A stretch of 64,000 nt of DNA. Origin: Geopsychrobacteraceae bacterium (lineage in GTDB: Bacteria > Desulfobacterota > Desulfuromonadia > Desulfuromonadales > Geopsychrobacteraceae). Positions within the stretch are counted from its first letter, which is position 1. Each line of letters starts with the position of its first letter. The stretch spans positions 576,001-640,000 of the forward strand of contig OY759353.1 of assembly GCA_963662315.1 (NCBI GenBank), read 5' to 3'. The notes under the pieces are model-generated. The model worked only from the letters and a program-made list of their open reading frames with translations, was not told the origin of the DNA and ran no database searches. Shown here one piece after another: positions 58,630 to 64,000 of the stretch. Position numbers and translations under genes: made by a program.

Positions 58630-60240
58630 TTAATGTTGATCCAGGGTGGCCCCTTTTATCACTGTTGGGTGCTGAAAATTGATATCATCGCGCTCTGGAT
58701 GGTCAAGATTATAATGCAGGCCCCGGCTTTCGTGGCGGGACAGGGCGCTTTGGACAATGAGTCTGGCTACGGTAGCAATGTTACGTAGTTCAATAAGATC
58801 CGGGGTGATAAGAAAGTTCCAGTAATACTCATCAATTTCCTGCTGGATAAGCAGGATTCGGTTCATTGCCCTTTGCAGGCGCTTGTCGGTACGGACGATG
58901 CCGACATAGCTCCACATACAGCGGCGGATTTCATCCCAGTTATGGGCGACTATGACTTCTTCATCGCTGTCAGTGGCGTTGCCACAATCCCAGGCTGGAA
59001 TCTCAGGATAGGGTGGCTGGTTGTTTTGTAGTCGGGTCAAAGAGACTTCGGCCGCACGTTTACCGAACACAACCCCTTCAAGCAGGCTGTTACTGGCCAG
59101 ACGGTTGGCCCCATGAAGGCCTGTATAGGCGACTTCACCAATTGCAAACAGGTTGCAGATGTTGGTTTCCCCATCAAGGTTGGTTTTGAGCCCACCGCAC
59201 AGGTAATGTGTTGCTGGAACAACCGGGATCGGCTCTTTGGTCATGTCGATGCCGTAGCTCAGGCAGGTTTCGTAGATCATCGGGAAATGATCTTTGATGA
59301 AGGTTTCACCTTTATGAGTGATGTCGAGGAAAACGCAATCGTCTCCAGATTTTTTCATCTCGGCATCAATGGCTCTGGCAACGATATCGCGCGGTGCCAG
59401 GTCTTTCAGTTTGTGATAGTCGGGCATAAAGGCATACCCTTCGGAATTCTTAAGGATGGCACCTTCACCACGCACCGCTTCTGAAATCAGAAAAGATTTG
59501 GCATGGGGATGATAAAGGGTGGTCGGGTGGAATTGCATAAATTCCATATTGGCAACATCGGCACCGGCTCGCCATCCGATTGCCACTCCGTCGCCTGTAG
59601 CAATGTCTGGATTGCAGGTATACAGATAGACCTTTCCTGCCCCGCCGGTTGCAAGCACAGTAAACTGCGCTCCAAAGGTGATAACTTCTCCGGTTTCTTT
59701 ATTTAAAATATAAGCTCCCAGGCAACGGTCCTGCACGGGCTGTTGATGGAGTAATTTTCTTTCGGTGATCAGGTCAATAGCAATATGATCCTGGTAAAGT
59801 GAAATATTCGGGTGCTTCAGTGTCGCTTCAACCAGGGCGCGTTCTATTTCCCGGCCGGTCGAATCTTTGGCGTGAAGGATACGTCGGTAGCTATGACCGC
59901 CTTCGCGTGTCAGATCGTATTCGTCCAGTTGGTTTTTGCTGAAATTGACGCCCCAAGCGATCAGGTCTTTTATCGCTTCTGGCCCTGATTCGACAACCAT
60001 CTTGACCACGTCTGGCTCAGACAGCCAGGCACCGGCTTCCATAGTGTCAGCAGTATGGGCTGTATAGCTGTCTTCATCACTGAATACTGATGCGATTCCA
60101 CCCTGAGCGAGTTGTGTAGCCGTGATGTCAATCTTGCATTTGGTAACGAGGGCAACCGTTCCATGTTCAGCTACTTTCAGGGCATATGTCAAACCGGCAA
60201 TGCCACTGCCGATGATTAGAAAATCAGTTGTTTTCTGCAT
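58630..60240 (-). CDS. nadB: L-aspartate oxidase
   Basis: GSGIAGL, AQGGIA, REGGHS, QFHPT, LISEAVRGEG, HGANRLASNSLLE. Confidence 0.97.
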   Translation of the reverse strand: MQKTTDFLIIGSGIAGLTYALKVAEHGTVALVTKCKIDITATQLAQGGIASVFSDEDSYTAHTADTMEAGAWLSEPDVVKMVVESGPEAIKDLIAWGVNFSKNQLDEYDLTREGGHSYRRILHAKDSTGREIERALVEATLKHPNISLYQDHIAIDLITERKLLHQQPVQDRCLGAYILNKETGEVITFGAQFTVLATGGAGKVYLYTCNPDIATGDGVAIGWRAGADVANMEFMQFHPTTLYHPHAKSFLISEAVRGEGAILKNSEGYAFMPDYHKLKDLAPRDIVARAIDAEMKKSGDDCVFLDITHKGETFIKDHFPMIYETCLSYGIDMTKEPIPVVPATHYLCGGLKTNLDGETNICNLFAIGEVAYTGLHGANRLASNSLLEGVVFGKRAAEVSLTRLQNNQPPYPEIPAWDCGNATDSDEEVIVAHNWDEIRRCMWSYVGIVRTDKRLQRAMNRILLIQQEIDEYYWNFLITPDLIELRNIATVARLIVQSALSRHESRGLHYNLDHPERDDINFQHPTVIKGATLDQH

Positions 60241-60515
60241 TTCACAATCCTCATCTTAGGGACACAAATTATCTATATTATTGCATAGCATGGCGGGCAT
60301 TATCTGCTCGGGTATTCTTTATGTCAAGTTATAGGCTTGAAGCTGATTTATTATTGAATTCTTTGCAGGATAATAGCTCACGGCTTGTAATCTTTTTGCC
60401 CCGACCAGGGTCGGTCTGTGTTGACTGGCGAAAATATTTTTACTTGTGAGATTATCGATTTGCAGCGAAAACATGTAACTTGACACTGTCGTCTAATGAA
60501 GGCAATATAATCTTC

Positions 60516-61079
60516 ATGCGAGATAAATGTAAAAAACTCATCATTATATTGGTTATATGTGCTCTTCCGACTTCGAGCCTGGCAGGTATTTACCGCTATG
60601 TTGATCGGCAGGGGAGGGTGCACTTTACCAATGTGCCAACATCTTCCAGTTACCGATTCTACAGTAATGAGGGGAGTCAATACAGTATTGAGTCCTTGAT
60701 TGCTCATAGTGCCTCAGCTTTTCAGCTGGACCGTGCTTTAATCAAAGCTGTCATCAAAGTCGAAAGTGATTTCAATCCGAAAGTCGTTTCCCGTAAGGGG
60801 GCGCAGGGACTGATGCAGTTGATGCCTGAAACAGCACGTGAAGTTGGCGTGAGCAACCCATTTGATCCGTCACAGTCGATTCATGGCGGCGCCTATTATT
60901 TAAGAAAAATGCTTGATTCTTTTGATCGTAATTTGGATTATGCTCTTGCGGCCTATAACGCCGGGCCCAGTGCCGTGCGCAAGTATGGTGGAATCCCTCC
61001 CTTTGCTGAAACACAGAATTATGTGACTAAAGTAAAGCGTTATTTTGATTATTATCGACGCAATGAAGGTGGAAACTGA
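60516..61079 (+). CDS. Lytic transglycosylase (SLT) with DUF4124-like N-terminus
   Basis: VES, GAQGLMQLMP, AAYNAG, ETQNYV. Confidence 0.92.
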   Translation: MRDKCKKLIIILVICALPTSSLAGIYRYVDRQGRVHFTNVPTSSSYRFYSNEGSQYSIESLIAHSASAFQLDRALIKAVIKVESDFNPKVVSRKGAQGLMQLMPETAREVGVSNPFDPSQSIHGGAYYLRKMLDSFDRNLDYALAAYNAGPSAVRKYGGIPPFAETQNYVTKVKRYFDYYRRNEGGN

Positions 61080-61666
61080 TGAGTCGAGCTAAAGAACTAC
61101 TTAATCTTCCCAATATATTAACCTTGTCGCGTATCATCGCCGTGCCGATTGTTGTTCTGCTGCTGTTGTTTGAGTCGCGCGAGACATGTTTTTGGGCTGC
61201 TGTCGTTTTTACTGTTGCGTCTCTCACTGACTGGCTTGACGGTTATCTTGCCCGGCGCTGGCAGATTGTCACGATTCTTGGTAAATTTCTGGACCCCCTG
61301 GCTGATAAGCTCATTGTCATGGCCGCTCTGATTATGTTGATTCCTCTGGATCGTGTTCCGGCCTGGACTGTGTTTGTTATCCTTGCCCGAGAACTGATTG
61401 TTTCCGGTATCCGTTCTATCGCTTCATCAGAGGGTATCGTTATTGCGGCCAGCAATCTTGGTAAATACAAGACAATCTTTCAGATGATTGCTATTGTCGG
61501 TCTGTTGCTCCATTATCGCTATTACTGGTTTTTCGGGCTCGAATTTGATTTTTTGCATGCTTCCATGCACTACGCGGGGATTTTTATTTATTATATTTCC
61601 CTGTTTCTGACCATTTGGTCGGGTGCTGATTACTTTCTGAAATTCTTCAAGATCTTTGCTCGTTAG
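61079..61666 (+). CDS. pgsA: CDP-diacylglycerol--glycerol-3-phosphate 3-phosphatidyltransferase
   Basis: NLPNILT, DWLDGYLAR, GKFLDPLADK. Confidence 0.96.
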   Translation: MSRAKELLNLPNILTLSRIIAVPIVVLLLLFESRETCFWAAVVFTVASLTDWLDGYLARRWQIVTILGKFLDPLADKLIVMAALIMLIPLDRVPAWTVFVILARELIVSGIRSIASSEGIVIAASNLGKYKTIFQMIAIVGLLLHYRYYWFFGLEFDFLHASMHYAGIFIYYISLFLTIWSGADYFLKFFKIFAR

Positions 61667-61721
61667 GTAACTGCTTGATATTAAATGATAAAATCTTTTT
61701 CTGGGAAATAATAATTTTTCG

Positions 61722-61751
61722 TTGACACTTTGCAAAAGCTTTTGCTATACA
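61722..61751 (+). promoter_or_regulatory. sigma70 promoter for the tRNA-Gly cluster
   Basis: TTGACA-18 bp-TATACA with TGn extension. Confidence 0.55.
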
Positions 61752-61780
61752 TACATCCGCTCGCAACGCCGGGCACATGA

Positions 61781-61855
<75 letters not shown>

Positions 61856-61937
61856 TTTTAAAATGTAAACCGAATGAAGGTTGTTCGGTTTTTTTTGTCA
61901 TGAAAATATATACAGCAGGCGACGCTGTAAAGAAAAT

Positions 61938-62012
<75 letters not shown>

Positions 62013-62094
62013 TTTTAAATCAAAAGGTCGAATTTATGGTTTGTCCTTTTGTGTCGCAAATGTGTATAACGCTGGTAATGACTGTTATCAGTTC

Positions 62095-62169
<75 letters not shown>

Positions 62170-62173
62170 TTTG

Positions 62174-62206
62174 AATAGCCATTCGGTGTAACCGAATGGC
62201 TATTTT
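62174..62206 (+). terminator. Terminator after the tRNA-Gly cluster
   Basis: AATAGCCATTCGG-tgtaa-CCGAATGGCTATT followed by a T-rich tail. Confidence 0.8.
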
Positions 62207-62663
62207 GTTATTTTTAGCTTTTCTTCCCGTCCAGCCAAAAAAGGATCAGGCTTTATGATCCCTCGCCCTCAAAACCAACTGATCAAATTGTCTCAAATTT
62301 TGTCTGCACAAATACCATGACGCGCAATCTGTAATTTAATATTCCTGAAAGCCTTTAACCATACCATTGGTCCCGATTATCGGAAAATTGTTTACATTGC
62401 TGACGGTTTTTTATAACTTCTTGCGTTACTCAGTACTTTGATGCCAATATTATCGATTAATAACATTGTCGGATAGTCTCTATCTAATAGTCAGTTTTTA
62501 TCCGGAAACAGCCCTTTGCTCTTTGTGGTGGTATCAAACTGAAGGCTTAACAGTTGTTTACCCGTACCAGGTCTTCATCGTTACCATTTGCCTTTTTTGT
62601 GTTACTGCGAAGTGTGGCTGTTTCCTTGTGAAATCAATAGATTTCAGGGTTCAGGTTTATTCC

Positions 62664-63515
62664 ATGGAATATGTGCGGGCTAGTAGCGCTGGCTTTTGTA
62701 TGGGGGTCAGTCTCGCTTTACGCAAGCTGGATGAAGTTATTGATAAGCTTGCAGGCAGCGGGCAGATCTATATCTTCGGCTCAATTATTCACAATCCACA
62801 GGTTGTGAATGAATACGCTCAAAAAGGCGTAATCACCGCGACGTCACCTGAAGAGATTCCTCCGGGGGCAACGGTCGTTGTGCGTGCTCACGGGATTACC
62901 AAGCAGGTTCGCGACGATTTACTGGGGCGCGGGATCAAGGTTGTTGATGCGACCTGTCCGAAGGTGCGAGAGGCATGTGTGCGTATTGAACACAGCACCG
63001 CGGAAGGTAAAACCTTGCTGTTGTTTGGTGAGGAGTCTCACCCAGAAGTAAAATGTCTGTTAAGTTACGCAGCTGGATCCGCTTTTCTTTTCGACACCTT
63101 TGAAAAAATAATCGATTTTCCCTTTGATATCAATCAGAGCTATTGCCTCGCTGCGCAGACCACCCAAGACCGTGATACCTTTGACGCGATAAGACGTTAT
63201 TTTGAGCAGAATTCACAGGCAGACGTAACGGTTTTATATACTATCTGTGATGCAACTAAAAAGCGTCAGGGGGAAGCTGTTAAGCTGGCCGAGCAGGTTG
63301 AGTTTTTTATTGTCGCTGGTGGCTACAACAGTAGCAATACCAAACGACTCGCCGAAGTTATTGCCGCTCACGGCACCCCGGCTATTCATGTTGAAACTGC
63401 GGCTGAGCTGCCTCTTGACCGGTTGCGCCAGTATAAAAAAATCGGGCTTACTGCAGGAGCTTCCACACCGAAAAAGATTGTTGATGAAATTCAAGCTGTT
63501 CTTGAGTCACTTTAG
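62664..63515 (+). CDS. ispH: 4-hydroxy-3-methylbut-2-enyl diphosphate reductase
   Basis: GFCMGV, IIHNPQV, RAHG, DATCP, HPEV, QTT, TICDAT, SSNT, TAGASTP. ATG 62664. Confidence 0.96.
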   Translation: MEYVRASSAGFCMGVSLALRKLDEVIDKLAGSGQIYIFGSIIHNPQVVNEYAQKGVITATSPEEIPPGATVVVRAHGITKQVRDDLLGRGIKVVDATCPKVREACVRIEHSTAEGKTLLLFGEESHPEVKCLLSYAAGSAFLFDTFEKIIDFPFDINQSYCLAAQTTQDRDTFDAIRRYFEQNSQADVTVLYTICDATKKRQGEAVKLAEQVEFFIVAGGYNSSNTKRLAEVIAAHGTPAIHVETAAELPLDRLRQYKKIGLTAGASTPKKIVDEIQAVLESL

Positions 63516-63524
63516 GAGTAGAGA

Positions 63525-64000
63525 TTGACAGTACTAAACCAGGATTCTATCGCTGCACAGGAGCAGGATCTGGCTGTTCAGTTGCGCCATGTTTGCAAGC
63601 CTGTTTTTCTAGCCAATGCCAGTAACTCTTTCATCGTCAGAGATCCTGACGGTGGTACTGATTTCAGGGGGATCGTTTTTCCCGTACCTCTGGAACGCCT
63701 CGGTGACACTGATTTTTGCCGGGATTATGGCCTGAAGTATGCCTATGTCGGCGGCTCAATGGCCAAAGGGATCAGTTCTGTCGCTATTGTCCGCGAGTTG
63801 GGGCTAAATGGTATGTTGGGCTTTTTCGGTGCGGCCGGACTTCCTCTTGCAGAGGTCGAAGGTGCTATTAATCAGCTGGAGCCATTTCGTAGTCAGTTTC
63901 GCTACGGTTTTAATCTGATCCATAGTCCCAATGAACCGGACCTGGAAACAGCTCTGGTCGAACTCTATATCCGGCATGGTGTTAATCTTATTGAAGCTTC
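63525..64000 (+). CDS. pfaD: PfaD-family enoyl reductase (PUFA/polyketide synthase system), 3'-truncated by window edge
   Basis: Not in the ORF track. TTG after AGGAG; translates LGDTDFCRDYGLKYAYVGGSMAKGISS...GMLGFFGAAGL...GFNLIHSPNEP...IEAS. Confidence 0.82.
   Translation, partial: MTVLNQDSIAAQEQDLAVQLRHVCKPVFLANASNSFIVRDPDGGTDFRGIVFPVPLERLGDTDFCRDYGLKYAYVGGSMAKGISSVAIVRELGLNGMLGFFGAAGLPLAEVEGAINQLEPFRSQFRYGFNLIHSPNEPDLETALVELYIRHGVNLIEA

Noticed and set aside
62378..62396. TATCGGAAAATTGTTTACA as another PrsR box upstream of ispH
   Set aside because: Spacing is two bases longer, the TGT half-site is missing, and no sigma54 motif was seen nearby.

Overview
This 64 kb bacterial window has gene content and order suggesting an anaerobic deltaproteobacterium of the Desulfuromonadales type (inference). 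About 1.4-45.2 kb is a complete PEP-CTERM/exosortase A plus exopolysaccharide locus. It runs: prsT, the conserved export block (priming sugar transferase, Wza, Wzc-like pair, beta-barrel, ATPase), an AT-rich variable block of about 15 sugar-modifying genes, a triple-nested IS3>IS256>IS66 insertion, two PEP-CTERM cargo genes, xrtA/epsI, and prsK/prsR. Accessory genes (GxxExxY relic, beta-CASP nuclease, MNT-HEPN toxin-antitoxin pair) are interleaved, each bordered by copies of an unannotated, same-orientation composite palindromic element (6 copies). The remainder is mostly housekeeping: 5'-truncated NFACT gene, tRNA-Leu, Crp/Fnr plus ygbA-like gene, orphan response regulator, pgk-tpiA, purL-purQ-purF-pyrE, nadB-chorismate mutase, pgsA, three tRNA-Gly, ispH and the start of a pfaD-like gene. 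The most interesting unexplained signals are the composite repeat/cassette system, an FN3 protein whose second domain appears split by a membrane hairpin with an internal lipobox, paired enhancer boxes between divergent sigma54-like promoters, and a uORF-bearing structured leader upstream of pgk. All calls come from reading the sequence and recognising motifs; no searches were run.
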